Origin: Tubiluchus corallicola
Taxonomy: Eukaryota > Animalia > Priapulida
Assembly: GCA_030141605.1 (NCBI GenBank)
Contig: JAQGDQ010000177.1
Location: forward strand, 372,001-436,000
Length of the DNA stretch: 64,000 nt
Direction of reading: 5' to 3'
Shown here: positions 26,820 to 40,668 of the stretch, piece after piece
How positions within the stretch are numbered: the first letter of the stretch is position 1
Layout of the letters: every line of letters begins with the position of its first letter
Notes under the pieces: model-generated
What the model was told of the DNA's origin: nothing
The model's input: only the letters and a program-made list of their open reading frames with translations
Databases searched by the model: none
Position numbers and translations under genes: made by a program

Positions 26820-27160
26820 CTATTGTCAACAAAACCAAAGTATCCATTCGCTCAAACTCTTTGTTAGACGTGCTGAGAAAAAAGCTTTTGGTGACTTTTT
26901 TTCGAATAGAGTTGTCCCTGTCTGGAATAGCTTATCCACACTAATAAGTGGATTTCCACTTGTAGCAACGCAGACCGCAAAACTTTATAAATGCTGTGGA
27001 CTTGATAAGATTTTTGTTTTTTGATAGGCGCTTATAAGCAGGTAATATAGCTTCTGAGTGTCTCTTCCATATCATCGGTTTGATGATTTTTTTTGCAAAC
27101 ATTTGTTCCTTAAATATTGTTTGTGTGTAGTGAAATAAATTTAATAAAATTAAATTAAGT
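26820..27160 (+). mobile_element. CR1-type LINE 3' end fragment
   Basis: TTTTTTTCGAATAGAGTTGTCCCTGTCTGGAATAGCTTA encodes FFSNRVVPVWNSL, the typical CR1 C-terminal motif; ends in an AATAAA-rich tail. Confidence 0.7.
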
Positions 27161-27371
27161 AAATTTGTTTTAAGAGGTTGACACTTTGTCACCGCTCTGA
27201 TATAGTTTACTGACAAAGAATGCCTGATCATCTGGTATGAATTAAAGCTTTTCTTGTGACAGTGTCAAGAGGTACTCTTTGAAGACGCTAATGTTGAATT
27301 TGTATCCATTATCACCGTTACAGAAACCGTTGGTGTGTTCCATGTTTTCCTTCCATGTTAGCTATAAGATG

Positions 27372-27432
27372 ATGTGTGTGACGTCACAATATTACATGTG
27401 TGTGACGTCACAATATTGCATGTGTGTGACGT
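27372..27432. repeat. 24-bp tandem repeat (2.5 copies) carrying the CRE palindrome TGACGTCA
   Basis: ATGTGTGTGACGTCACAATATT(A/G)C twice plus a partial third unit. Confidence 0.9.
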
Positions 27433-28020
27433 GTTTGTCATAGATAATCTATGCTGATGACGCGGCCATGGTGACACAGTTCAAGTAATGCTAATCAACG
27501 TCGAGAGATCACCTTATAAATTCTCATTGCGTGAATGTGGATGAAAGCTTCTTCGTCAGATTTCCAATCAGTTCGTTGGTCTTCAATACGTCTCGAGGTT
27601 TAGCATGTCACATATATTGCCAGTCTGTAGTTTGCTTTATGTTAAAAATGGCTCCCTCGCCAAGGCCACCTGCTCTAAACGCAGACTAATCATATAAAAT
27701 CTGTCAGCAGTTAATTATTCACACAGATTCAAGATTTCTCTCATTGCTGTGAAACGTCTGTGAAGATTGTTAAAGACATCTAATAGTGAAAAATACTAGC
27801 TATAGCATCAATGTTCACGTACGAAAAAAATTACAGTTGCTGGACTGCAAAAAGTAGTCGTAACATGTTCACGCAATATTTTCGTAAAACAATGCATCTG
27901 AACTTACTATAGTATAGATGGAAAATTCTGTTTGAACTTTGTGAAATACATTTATTTATATTCAGGTTTACAATTACTCGGACTTCTATAAATTTTTCTT
28001 TCCATACTGCACCGGTCACT

Positions 28021-28066
28021 TGGTCCTGAGATTGACCAAAAAAATATCGTCGAAACGTTTGGATCA
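28021..28066 (+). ncRNA. Degenerate Penelope-type minimal hammerhead ribozyme
   Basis: TGGTCCTGAGATTGAC...GTCGAAACGTTTGGATCA: stem I TGGTCC/GGATCA, CUGA-GA core one nt short, stem II GAC/GTC, GAAAC-GUU. Confidence 0.45.
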
Positions 28067-28225
28067 TTGCAATAGAATGCCTGTAATTACATGAGCGCTT
28101 ATTATAGCTTTTAGCACTTCAACATTGATGGAGTAATGCAATTATCAAGCAATCGACCAGATCAAAAGTGGCTGTAACTCCTCTGCTTTTTGGTTATAGT
28201 ATTGAGCTGAACAGGGAACAGTGCA

Positions 28226-28345
28226 GTTCTATTCATAGGCACCAGGCCAGCCAACCTACAGGTAATGTTATGACCTCCACTTTAAACTAGGAAGCCCATA
28301 ACATTACCTGCGATTGGTTGAGCAGTGGTTTCCTGTGGAAAGAAC
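28226..28345. mobile_element. Palindromic MITE-like hairpin (~120 bp)
   Basis: Perfect 14-bp inverted repeat CAGGTAATGTTATG/CATAACATTACCTG, extending imperfectly outward to GTTCT.../...AGAAC. Confidence 0.65.
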
Positions 28346-28637
28346 GAACACATGACATCGTTAATTGTCTTCTGGTTGTCGTGGAATGCACTTCTCCGGT
28401 CTGCCTGCCGAGTGTCGTGGTTCCGTAAGGTTTGAAGCATTGTCATCGGGTTTTGTTTTTTTCGACTGTGTTGTTCTTCTCAGCCGTCCCTTGTGAATTC
28501 TAAGTTTTGGTTTTGTTGTTTCTTTTTTTTAAATTTCTGGAGTGTCCGTTATGCAGCGCTTACCCGCATCACCGATGGCGGGCCGTAAGGCTATCTACCG
28601 GGTCGAACCCCGGAACAGTATAAACTCTTACTGTTGC

Positions 28638-28760
28638 TTAAAGCCAAAGCTAAGTCTTCTGGGAAATTGAGCTTATTTTAAAATGTGAGAAAAATGTTAG
28701 AAAGTTTCAGCAACAAAGTTGTGATAAGTACTTCGTGTAATTAGTAATATCAATTTTAAT
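28638..28760 (+). mobile_element. Family B MITE end, copy 2
   Basis: Homology with 1256-1380; starts at TTAA. Confidence 0.55.
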
Positions 28761-30711
28761 TTCGTTTACTTCAAGCTACAAGCTAAAACAGAACTGTGTA
28801 AGTTAAGTAAACCACCCAGCACCTTCTTGTATAGTCGAACCCACGCAGATTTCAGATGCCAATCTGTAAAAAATATTGTGTAGTTCTTACGGATTTTGAG
28901 ATATAATTCTGTGATTTAAAGCTATGTAAGCCCTTTACAATTTTGCAGTTTGACTTGGCGACCAATTTTTACATAAAGACGGTTAAACATTAAGATTTAG
29001 TCAACTAAAATGACGTAACTTCAGAATGAACTGCAGAAGCTTTGTTGGGCATGCCTTCTTGTTGTCCACCAGCTTACGTCATTTTTTTTCATAATATGTC
29101 TGCAGGGAGGTTCGTTTGGCGGGGGATACGAATTAAATTTCGTTTTACATTTTTAAGCAAGGCATTTTATGCGCGTATATCTGTGGTAATTTCAACATTT
29201 TTAAGTGTACATTAAAATACAATGAATGTAATTCGAGCAATGATTACACTACATTATAACATGTAGTGCCTTAATAGCAGCCTGGATCTTTACTCTGCCA
29301 GTTCTTCCAGAATCTTCTATTAACTTATACTAACTTGGGTTAGAAGTGTAGCGTTAGTTGTTTGAATAAATGACCTTAAGTTAGCTTAATTTTTATTTGT
29401 CCGTAATTTTAGAGCATTAGAATCGATTTTTGTAATTAAAAACTGTTATTAAACAAATTGCGAAAGTCTCATAATTGTGTAAATATGTGCATTGTCCGTA
29501 CGAGTTTTGATATAATTTTTTCTTTTACTGCTGCAATCTATGTTGCCAATTTTAATGTGGGAACTGTACCTTATAGAAAATAAATTTAATTATAAATAAA
29601 TAAATGAACAGATAAATAAATAAGACACCTCGTGTCCATTTATGTAACACACACGGCATGAATTCTAAGAAAGTAAAAATCAATAATTCGATTACAGGTA
29701 TTGTAGAAACAGTAACCGCTATTTGATTTTTCTCACACCTCGCTGTGCGTTTATGCTGCGCAAGCAACATCTATGGTCTTTCAGGGAATTGTACAAATAA
29801 TAAAGGTAAACAGTATGGCCAGGTCATAGATGTTGATTAAGTATTGCCCGGTAGTTGCTTTTGTAAATAAATAATGGTAGGGATAATGCAATAATTCTAC
29901 GAAGTGTCGTACAGGTGGAGTCTTGCTACATTCAGGTTTCCGTATTTGTTCTGGCATGAATAGCGTTCAAAGGAAGCAGGAAAGGCGCGCGCGTGCGTAC
30001 GTGAGTAGTGCATGTGTGGACGTGTGTTGTTGATGACATTTCGTGTCATTTGAGGTCAAGTAACATAGTTTAGCATACTTTTATTCGCCGCTAACCGCAA
30101 TTTCATACCACATTTTCGGAAGCAATTTTTCAAATGGAGTATAGTTTTCAAGCGGTACGGCATCCTTTACTTAGTAATAAATGAATTGTCACTTCTGTTT
30201 GCAATGTTTGGTTTATAGTAAAGCTTCGTCCACTCTAGTCAATTGTATGTTAAGTTGCATAGTGTACGTTACATGAATTCTGTTTTTACAACATTTGTGA
30301 TACGCCAGGAAATGGCTGTTTATGCGCTTCACCTCGTTAGTTTCAAAAGTTAACACAATTACTAAAACGCCACGTGCGAAATTTACTGAATCAATTCCGA
30401 TGTCTCCCCCCCCCCGTAGTCTGTAATAAAAATCTTTGTTTTATGTGAATGTTTATGTGAATATTTTTGAGATTTGCAAAAAAAAACTACCAAGCGTGGG
30501 GTCAGAAAAGAGGCCTTCCGCAGGAATGTCTAGAGCGTAAAACGCATTGCCTTATCCACTGTGTTATAAACATCCAGGCAGTATGATTTTATCTAAAAAT
30601 TAGACTCATTATATAGCGTTTTATTAAATTTTCTATTTAATTTTGTGCTTCCTAATGTAGCTGACACGCCAAGAAGCAAAAAGCTGCGCAGCATTGCAAA
30701 ATATTAACATT

Positions 30712-31040
30712 CAGGGCTGGATTACCATATAGGCTCGTATAGGCTGCAACCTACGGTCCCTCAAGTTTGTAGGCCCACAATTTGCATTGGTGAATAATTC
30801 ATATAACTTAAAATAAAGTTTTAACCTCAAAAAAGAAGGCCAGGAAGTCTGAAAATCCAAATTTAATGTGGTTCCTCATTTGAGATAAAGGATCCTTATT
30901 TGAGGCCTTTTCTTTGAGACAAAGGGTCCTTTTTTGAGGCTCACTGTATTTAATTTGCTTAAAATTACAAACTAGAATTTGTTTTTTAAATTGAGAAGAG
31001 AGAAAGTTAAACAGAGTGAAATTATCTGAAACTGACTACT
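30712..31040 (+). mobile_element. hAT-type MITE left part, apparently interrupted by the RTE insertion
   Basis: CAGGGCTGGATTACCATATAGGCT..TATAGGCTG start resembles the terminus of 45898-46284. Confidence 0.55.
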
Positions 31041-32984
31041 TCTTCTTCTCAGCTTTTCCCTATGCGGGGTCGCCGTTGTGAATAAGTCGTCTCCATGCAT
31101 TCCTGTTGTTGCCCATCTCTTCATTTATGTTCTTCTCTCTAAGGTCTCCGTTAATACATTCGAACCATCTCAGCTTGGGTCGTCCTCTTCTTCTATTTCC
31201 CAGCACTTCCATTTCCATGACCTCCCTTCCCACGTGATCTTCCCCGACTCTTCTTCTCAGGTGCCCATACCATCGCAATCTTGCCTCTTGTATCTTTTTC
31301 GAGGCTTCCACTACTTTCACTGTTCCTCTAATATTACTATTCCTGATTTTATCCCTTCTTGTTACTCCCACCATCCATCTCAACATCCTCATCTCCGCCA
31401 CATCCATTTTCTTCTCCTCGGTCTTCTTTAGAGGTGCTGCTTCCAGCCCATATATTAGGGCGGGTCTGACCACTGCTTTGTGAACTTTACCCTTAAGTCT
31501 CGCTGGAATCCTCTTATCGCATATCACCCCTGAAACTTTTCACCAGTTATTCCAACCTCACTGAATCCTGAAATTCACCTCCTTTTCCATTCCTGCAGTC
31601 TCGTCTATCATTGAACCCAGATACTTAAAGGTCTTTACTCTTTTCAACTCTGCCCCGTTCAATCTTATTGTTTCTCGTTGATCCCCATTCATGTCTGTCG
31701 TAAGATACTCCGTTTTGGATCTACTTATCCTCATTCCTCTGCTCTCCAAAGCGGCTCTCCATGCTTCTAATTTTCCTTCCAGTATTTCTCTACTCTCATG
31801 GTGGATTTCCCCTTACACTCTCTGTGATGACATCAAACACTATGTTGAACAGTAGGGGGCTTAGTGCCGATCCTTGATGTAAGCCGACTTTTACTTGGAA
31901 ACTGTCTGTTATACCAACTGTACTCCGGACTTTAGTTGTCACGTTCTTGTAGCATTCTTGGACTATTCTTACATATTTTCTGGCACTCCTCTCTCCCTCA
32001 GACCTCTCCACACTTCTTGCCGTGGTACCCTATCATATGCTTTCTCTAGGTCTATGAAAGCTATATGTAGTGCCCTTTGCTTTTCCTGGTGTTTCTCTAT
32101 ATTCTGTCGAAGTGCGAATATACCGTCAACCGTTCCAAGTCCCTTCATAAATCCCAACTGTTGCCATCCTATGTGTACCACCTGTCTCAATCTATTATCC
32201 AGAATCCTTTCGAACAGTTTCAGGGTGTGGGACATCAGTTTAATCCCCCGATAATTTCCGCAGTCCTGGATGTCTCCCTTCTCTTTAAAAATCGGTATCA
32301 GAGTACTTTCCCTCCATTTTTCCGGGATTACCTCTCTCTCCACTATTTCTCTCATCAGCTGGTGCAGTATGTCAATCCCTTCTTCTCCTAAGGCTTTCCA
32401 AACTTCCGCTGGTATTCCGTCAGGTCCCGTAGATTTGCCATTTTTCATTTTCTTTCATGCTAATTCCACCTCCTGTCTTGTCACCCCTGTTACCTCCAGT
32501 TCATTCAGTTCTCCATCATCCCTAACCAGTCTTTCATTTTCCTCGTTCAGCAGCTTCTCGTAGTATTCCTTCCACCTCCTCAGGACATCGCTTTCTTTTC
32601 GTATTACTTGCCCCCTTTCATCTTTGATCTGCCTTATATGTCTAATGTCCTTTGTACTCTTATTTCTCAGCTTCGCCAACTTGAAAACTTTCCCCTGCCC
32701 TTCCTTGGTGTCCAGCTCTTCATAAAGGTTGTCATACGCCTCCGCTTTTGCTACAGCTACAGTTCTTTTCGTCTCCTTGCAACACTGTTTGTAATACTCT
32801 CTATCCCTGTCCAACTTGGTTTCTTCCCATCTTTTCTTTGCCATTTTCTTCTCTTTTACTTTCTGCTGCACCTCTTCTCCAAACCACCATGTTTCTCTGT
32901 TTTCCCATATTTTACCACTACTTTCCCCGAGGACTTCTTTTCCCGTCCTTATAATATTTTCACTGAGCCTGTTCCACTCAGCCA
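31041..32984 (-). mobile_element. 5'-truncated RTE-clade LINE (RTE-BovB/Rex3-like); reverse transcriptase pseudogene
   Basis: Collinear ORF pieces carry RT motifs (GPDGIPAEVWK, IFKEKGDIQDCGNYRGIKL, FIDLEKAYDRV, GLHQGSALSPLLF, FKYLGS, RLRWYGHL, RGRPKLRW, GDP). It has a (GAA)n 3' tail and a 7-bp TSD GACTACT at 31034-31040 and 32985-32991, with three in-frame stops, a frameshift near 31977 and a deletion near 31798. Confidence 0.95.
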
Positions 32985-33186
32985 GACTACTAAAAAGTAA
33001 TAAAAAAGTATTTTCATTGTGGGTTTCAAAGGTCGCGAGCTCGCTATTAAAATGGGCTTGAATAGGATAACTTAGAGATCAGTAACCTATGTAACCTCAA
33101 CGGACGCTTAATTTTTTAACGCATTATTATGATTACACAAAGAATTGATAGCTATTTTTAAACAAAAGAGACTTTTAAGTCAAATA

Positions 33187-33540
33187 ACCTTCCATTTTCG
33201 ACGAATTACGAACACGTGCATTGCCGTAAAGATCGCCATGTTTCATGTCTTTAGCGCGAGTGAGCAGAATGGCGTACGTAATACAGAAAGAGTCTTTGGT
33301 TACCAATGTTTGTTTACCGATCTTTGGAGCCCTTGTGACTATATTCATAACGTCATTTGTCTCCCGCTACAGAAAATGGCGGTTTTTCAAATGTAATACC
33401 ACTAACAACGAAGTGATTAAAAAATGAAAAGAAACAAGCTTTAGAGTAAGTTTATTATAAAATAAATTGAAATTCGTAATGAGAGTAGTACTTTAAGTTG
33501 TAAAAGCTTAAGTTATAGAGAGGGTTTTGTTTGGCTTTAA
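33187..33540 (+). mobile_element. Interspersed repeat, copy 2 of the 1-360 family
   Basis: Alignment with 1-360. Confidence 0.75.
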
Positions 33541-34560
33541 TTATATATCTCGCAATAAGGTGATTTGCCACAATTCTTCTCCTGGTTTGTCAAGCTGAGT
33601 GTTTTTGAGCTGAAATTATTGATTTCCCTTATTGGTATGACTGTCACATACAGATTAATTAGAGACTAGAAACACATATAATCAAAGGCGTTTCGCTGGC
33701 TGAGTGTGATTACACGTGATTGTGTGTTAGCTACGCTAGTAATTACATAATGACGCTCATTTTTCTAGGTGACCTAGTCTGATGGTAAAACACCAGTAAA
33801 CATAATAGCCTTCTCACACTGAAGCGGTCATCAAAATGACTTACTATAATGTTTGTTTGAAAATGAAAATATAAAAAACATCGAGACGAATCTAAACTTT
33901 CCCGTCCATTCTGCTTCACACACACTCACAGTTATTAGCTGACGCCGTCCTACAACAGTGTTACAAGTGCTGCCATGTACAAGTGACAATGCATACCTTA
34001 AACTCACATAAGTAGGCTTGTGGATAGAAACTTGCACATTTAAACCTAGTTTGCCATATTATCTAGATTTACTTAACCTTGTATACGTATACGGGATACC
34101 AATTAATTAAAGATTCATAAATGAGCTGACTAAATGTCACAAGTCTGTACTTGTAGTCACTTTGTGAAATCAATGCAGTGTCTATGTCTTTTTCTTAATG
34201 TTCACGCCAGGCAATAATTACGATACGCTAAAGAGTTCAGCATCTAGCGATTGGCTTCCAACGACCAGTGTCTATGGTTCACAAGGTAATAACTCTACAA
34301 CAAACTTCTGGCGTCCAATCTCTATTATTCTTCACAGAAAAACATACTGTACGTTATCAAATATATTTTTGCAGTGCCTTCTTTTTTACATTATTTATAC
34401 GTATAGTAATTCGCAAGCCCATTACTCATTGGCTGGTTGAGGAACAGTCGCTGGACGCAGGACCCCAGACACTCAAAAAAATAGGAACAGCCTCCAGAGT
34501 CCGCTGGCAAAATCTTTGGTTTCGTCTCCCGTTATACAATATACGCGTTGTTTCTCAATT

Positions 34561-34621
34561 CCGGACGCTGGACGCTAAACGCGGACCCCGGACGCTGGAC
34601 GCTAAACGCGGACCCCGGACG
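34561..34621. repeat. 27-bp GC-rich tandem repeat (CCGGACGCTGGACGCTAAACGCGGACC x2.3)
   Basis: Directly visible; related motif at 34449; GCATCTAGCG (34240) and CGTTAGATGC (34620) are inverted, suggesting a foldback element. Confidence 0.85.
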
Positions 34622-35839
34622 TTAGATGCTTTGGTATACTACATGCTTAACACGGCTTTGGCTCGTTCAACTTGCTTAGACAGAAGTATGACAGAAAGAA
34701 TTTACTAAACAGGATTTTGCCATTAAGTGAAAATGTTTTTTCCTTAAAGGTCAAAATGCACAATGATTTTAGCGAATGTTGTCTGATAATCCGTTTCCCG
34801 TTCTCAACAACAGATCACTGCTTATGATAATGTTTGTGGCAGGAATGGAACATTATTCGTTATCAATGATAATTCTCTAACTTAGCATATTATTAAACCA
34901 TCAGAGGTGCCTTAGAAACTTTCAATCAGACGGGTGATAAATGTAAGTGAACAAATATAGCTTTCCTCTGTCTTCACCACACCGTTTATTAACTGGACTC
35001 GGCAGTACTTAACTTTCGTAGCCAAGCACCATGTAGCTGTTCGCCTTTTCGTAAATAGTAATACATGCTATCAAAATGGTTTTAGAGGTGTTTTATTAGT
35101 ATGGTTTTTGTATAAACGAGATCATTGATAATTTTTCCCTCATTTTAATCAACGGGCTTAGACAATTCCATTAAATTTGTTAGTTTACAGTAACAGAGTC
35201 ACTCGAGTTTGTCATCCATCCAACTACCTCCTATAGCCCGCGATGCTCAACTAACGTTAATTAAGCTGGTACAATTAATTATTAAACTTAATAGTTCTTG
35301 TATTCACGATGAAGTTCCGTAATTTCTTCTTCTAATCTGAAAAACTCGGTTTCTTTCAAGAAATACTTGCTCGTTGTAATTGAGAAGCTAGAAAGATTCA
35401 AACTAAGTAACCAAGGGCATTCTGTTTCTTAACTTAAGCGCATCTTTGAACAAGGAGCAGAAGGAAATTACTTTCCAGACGTTTAGACACGCACAATGTG
35501 TTTGCACTGATGTCTACTTGACTTTTAATGTGGCTGGTGCTAATAATTCATCGTAGGGAAAGTGTTAAAATGTGGAGAAGCGAGAAAACGATGGTAAAGC
35601 ATGAAATGCCACAGATCGCTTAAGTACTGCTTCGTTTTGTGCATATTTAATGAGTTATAGAAATTCAAAAATCATTTTGTGATGTTAATGCAATGATGTA
35701 TTTTCTGCTACATGTCTGCATATAAGTTTAAACCGAAATTTTAATCATTGATTAACTAACATTAGTATTTTAGGTCTTTAAAACATTTTTTCATATTTTG
35801 TTCAGTCATTTATAACGTTTCTCTGTATATATTGTGCAA

Positions 35840-36400
35840 TCGTTTTTTTCCTATGTCGAGAACTTCGCCTGTTCTTGTTTTGCTTTGATTTTTCTCATCT
35901 TTTTTCTCTCCCATATTCTTTTACTTCTTCATTTTTCGTTTTTTTCTTGTTTTTTACCTTGTCCTTTTTCTTTCTTATTTTTCGTTTTCGCTTTCCACAT
36001 TCTCTTCTTTTATTTCCTTTTCCAGCTCCTACATTATTTTTCGTCTTTCTTCATCATTTTCACGTCCTTTTGTTCTTCTCCTTGTTGTCATTGATGTTTC
36101 TTTGGTTTTCTTCGTTTTCTCCTTTTTTCCTCTTTTGTTGTAATTTAGTCTCTTCTTTCATACTGGTTTTACTTCTCATTCGCGTCACCACTCTCTTTCT
36201 GTTCCAATGAATGTTCTCCTCTGCACTGTCGTTTTATTCTCTACTTCTATTTTTCCTTTCTCCTCCTCTCTGCAGGTTTTTTGCTGTCTTTTTCTTTTTC
36301 TATTTCTTTCTTTGTTTTTTCTTTTCGTCTTCTTTTCTTCCTTTTCATTATCATCTCTTGTTCTTTCTTTTACCTTTTTTGTACTGTTTCATTTAATTCC
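35840..36400. repeat. Low-complexity pyrimidine (T/C)-rich tract
   Basis: Directly visible. Confidence 0.85.
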
Positions 36401-36455
36401 CTTCCTTGCGTCCGAGTTCTCAATTTTTGTAACCCATTGGATTTTTTTACTGTAG

Positions 36456-36800
<345 letters not shown>

Positions 36801-38282
36801 TTACGCTAATGTTTTATCAATACTCATTCTATTCACTGCATTTGCCCTTATTATTATCTTTATTCTTTTCATAGTTTTCCTATGTATTTTAGTTTTTGCT
36901 CTTTTATTTCATTTTGTCATATTATTACTTCTTATGCTGTTTTAAAAAAATGTAGGACACAAAGACGTAGGCCTACTCATTGCAAGATGTTTCTTCATAT
37001 ACTTGACCGCCAAACCCTAGCGACAATTCCACTGAGATTATGCAACCTTATGGCTTATTAGTGGTTTTAATTTGCTCTGGTGTCACATGTCAGTCACGTG
37101 TCATTACATTTCAGGGCTTTCCTATTATTACTAATAAAGGGTTTATCCTCCAAAGATTTACTGTTTGATAGATGACGTTAAGGCTTTCGTATCTTGGTTG
37201 TCACTCCTATGGACATTAAAGGGCATCATTCACTCATACTGTTAGAATGTGACTTAAAGACGGCGCAAGTAACTAGACCACGAAATGTCAACAGTATATC
37301 ATTACATAATAGCTAATAATACCAACAATACATTTTAGGGTTTCTGGTTTGTGATCATTTACATCATTCACTTAATTGTTACAAATGCAGTCCTCCCCCA
37401 TATTAACAACAAGGATGTTGGTTGGAGGGGGCAAAATATAGCTGAGCGGTCATGGTACGTGTTTAGCTACTAAAGTTAGGGACATCCAACCTGTTAAACA
37501 AATGGATAGATGATTATTAGGGCCACTTCGTCTGGTGCGTTCAACCAAATGGCGTTTACTTAGCATCCGAAATACGTATACGTTATCCGCGTGCGGAATG
37601 ACTGTGTATAAAAAGTCCATTGTAAATAGCTGCAGAAAAAAGTAACGCACAACGCAGGCCCGATAAACGAGTGCACTTAAAACTATTTCGCATCCGCATA
37701 ACGCATACGCATTCGGCATGTCTGGTAAACGCCACTTAAATGAAAGGCCGCTCTCTTTTGTTTAGGACGTACACGCAGTTACGCATCCTTTGACAGGTTG
37801 GTGCCTTTTCTTAAAAGATGATAATGAGCTAGGTGTCTGTATCTCCACAATCACTTACCCGGGGTAGGCCTTGCATTGAGTTCAGCTTTATTTCAGTCTG
37901 TAGAATTTTGGACTGCATAAAACAGAAAAAGACAATTTTAATGACATCTTGCGATTATAATATTGCTGTACGCTACGTGACCTTTTCAACTTCTGTCATC
38001 TTCACTGCAGCAAAATCACTGCAAACTCGACGATGTTTTTGAATATCCCAAAGACCCTCTCTTTCTGTAGTATTTAAATGAGAGTTAACCGCATTGTACT
38101 TTGATATGTGCACAGCTTCACTGATTTCTCCACTGCTTCCGGGTATCCAATAAAACGTTGAGTATTGCTTTTTATTTTCCACAGCAATATCTGTTTCTCT
38201 TTGCTCTTTCTTTTGATCTGTCCGCTCCTTTTCTCACCATCTCTTCGTCATTGATGCCGAATTTCTCTTTCCGTAGTGTTTC

Positions 38283-38670
38283 TGTCATCATTATTATTCA
38301 TCATCATCATCATCATCGTCGTCGTCGTCGTCGTCGTTGTCGTTTTCGTCATCATCAACATCATCAATATTATCATTGCCATCATCTTCATCATCGTTAT
38401 CATTATCATCGTCATCATCATCATCATCTCAGCATCACCAAATCCACCACCATCACTACTACCATCATTGCCATCATCATCATTACTTATTATTGTTGTT
38501 ATTGTCAGTTTGTTATCATAATTTATCATTGTTAATTATTGTTAGTTAATGTCGTCTTCACCGTCACCAATATCATCGTCATCGTCACCACCACCAACAC
38601 CAACACCACTTATCATCATCGTTATTATCATCATAGTCATCATCATCACCGTCGTCGTCGTCGTCGTCGT
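38283..38670. repeat. Degenerate (CAT/CGT/CAC)n microsatellite
   Basis: Directly visible. Confidence 0.9.
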
Positions 38671-39194
38671 CACATTGTATTCCGTTTTGTCACTTTGTTA
38701 ACACTGTCCATTTTATAAAGGCCATTAGATTTACTCAGCTGCAGACCACTTTCACTCATAAATGTAATTCTGCTCGATTACTGGCCACTTACACTTAACA
38801 AAGCTGCCAGGCTTTGTTCTATTAATCGCCTTTCGGTTTGCTTCTTTCTCTAAAACACAGCCTAGCATAATACTATATCGACCAATCAGTTTCCCTAATT
38901 GGTCGCTATTACAAGTTAATGTACACATTTGAAGAAGAATGTTGCCAGTTTCTGGCCAAAATCTAATTTTGTTTATCAGATTATAATGCATGTGTGTAAA
39001 CTGCACTTACCAAGAAGACGTTTTCAATATTCGAGAAAATTGTCAAAATATTCTTCAGTTTCCAAACGAAATTTGTTTGAGTTGCTTGAACATAATTATA
39101 GGAAGCTGATGATAATGTGAAGCTGTTCTTGAGGGCGCTAAGTTCAAGAACACAAAACAGAAGATTAAGTACGCCTAATAGCAGGGATGCTTAT

Positions 39195-39310
39195 GAGAAC
39201 GATGACGGCGATGATGATTATGACAATGATGATGATGTTGATGATGATGATGATGATGAATGAATGAATGATGATAACAACAATGCAAACGATGACGACA
39301 ATGGTGATAT

Positions 39311-39341
<31 letters not shown>

Positions 39342-39342
39342 C

Positions 39343-39406
<64 letters not shown>

Positions 39407-39480
39407 CAATGACGAGGATGACAACAGTAATGACAATGATAGCGAAGGGAATGACGACAGTGAATGGTGACGGTGGTAAT
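39195..39480. repeat. (GAT)n microsatellite
   Basis: Directly visible. Confidence 0.95.
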
Positions 39481-40406
39481 AATTTTGCATAATTTGCTGC
39501 AAAACTGGACCACTCTGACCAAGTCACCCAGGGCTTAAAAACAGGACCAAACACTAATGTCGAATGGTTAATGAGGGACCTTCATTACTATGAGGACTCT
39601 TGTGAGGTGAAGCACTAAACTGGAAGATGTTCATGTAGCACGTGTATGTGAGAGACCGGAAGCAGTACATCACAAACTTACGTTGACAATGATAATGATT
39701 AGCTAATTTTTTTCAGTTTATTCGATCGTTTTATTACCTTCAAATTAAACTGATTTTCGTTGCTTTTTGGCGTTCAAAACTACCTTTTCCAACATAACTT
39801 TGTTTGCTCCGTGTTCTGGGAATTGCATCTTGAAACGTAATTCCGCATCCTCCTAGACAAGTAAAAATCCACAAGTGATTCTTTAAAATTTGATGCGAGC
39901 GAAGAGTATTCGATAGAGCAGCAACCCTGGAGAAAACTTAAACAAACGGAGGTTTTGGACACAATTGAAAGAGCTATGTGAATTTTGCTTTTAACTGCTA
40001 CTTACCCTTTTCTTTTTGTTTTTCGAAAGCATGATGTCACTGAGCCAGAGTCTCTCTTACAGTCCCTCTTCTGTCTCTAAGAAGGTCTTGTTACCGAGAA
40101 GTGCATAGCTCTCTATCATTGCTGTACACGAGAATGCCTTGTTATCTCTGATTTGATTTATTTTACAGTTTACGTTGAGTAAATTATGATGATTTCAGTA
40201 AAATACGAAGACGTATACAGACACTTGTGTGCAAAATTGCGTTTCGTAATTGCTTCAGCATCTTGTTATGCAAGTGGAAGGTTTCTGTGGCTTCAGATGC
40301 ACAAATAAGCCAGTGCTTATCTGTCTGTTTGTAAATTTCTCATTTATTCGTTCGCTCATTTATTGATTCAAACATACTTTCATGTATTTTTTCGTTCGCT
40401 GGTTTG

Positions 40407-40668
<262 letters not shown>

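Noticed and set aside
31078-33061. Plus-strand ORFs overlapping the RTE
   Set aside because: Antisense shadows of the RT coding frame.
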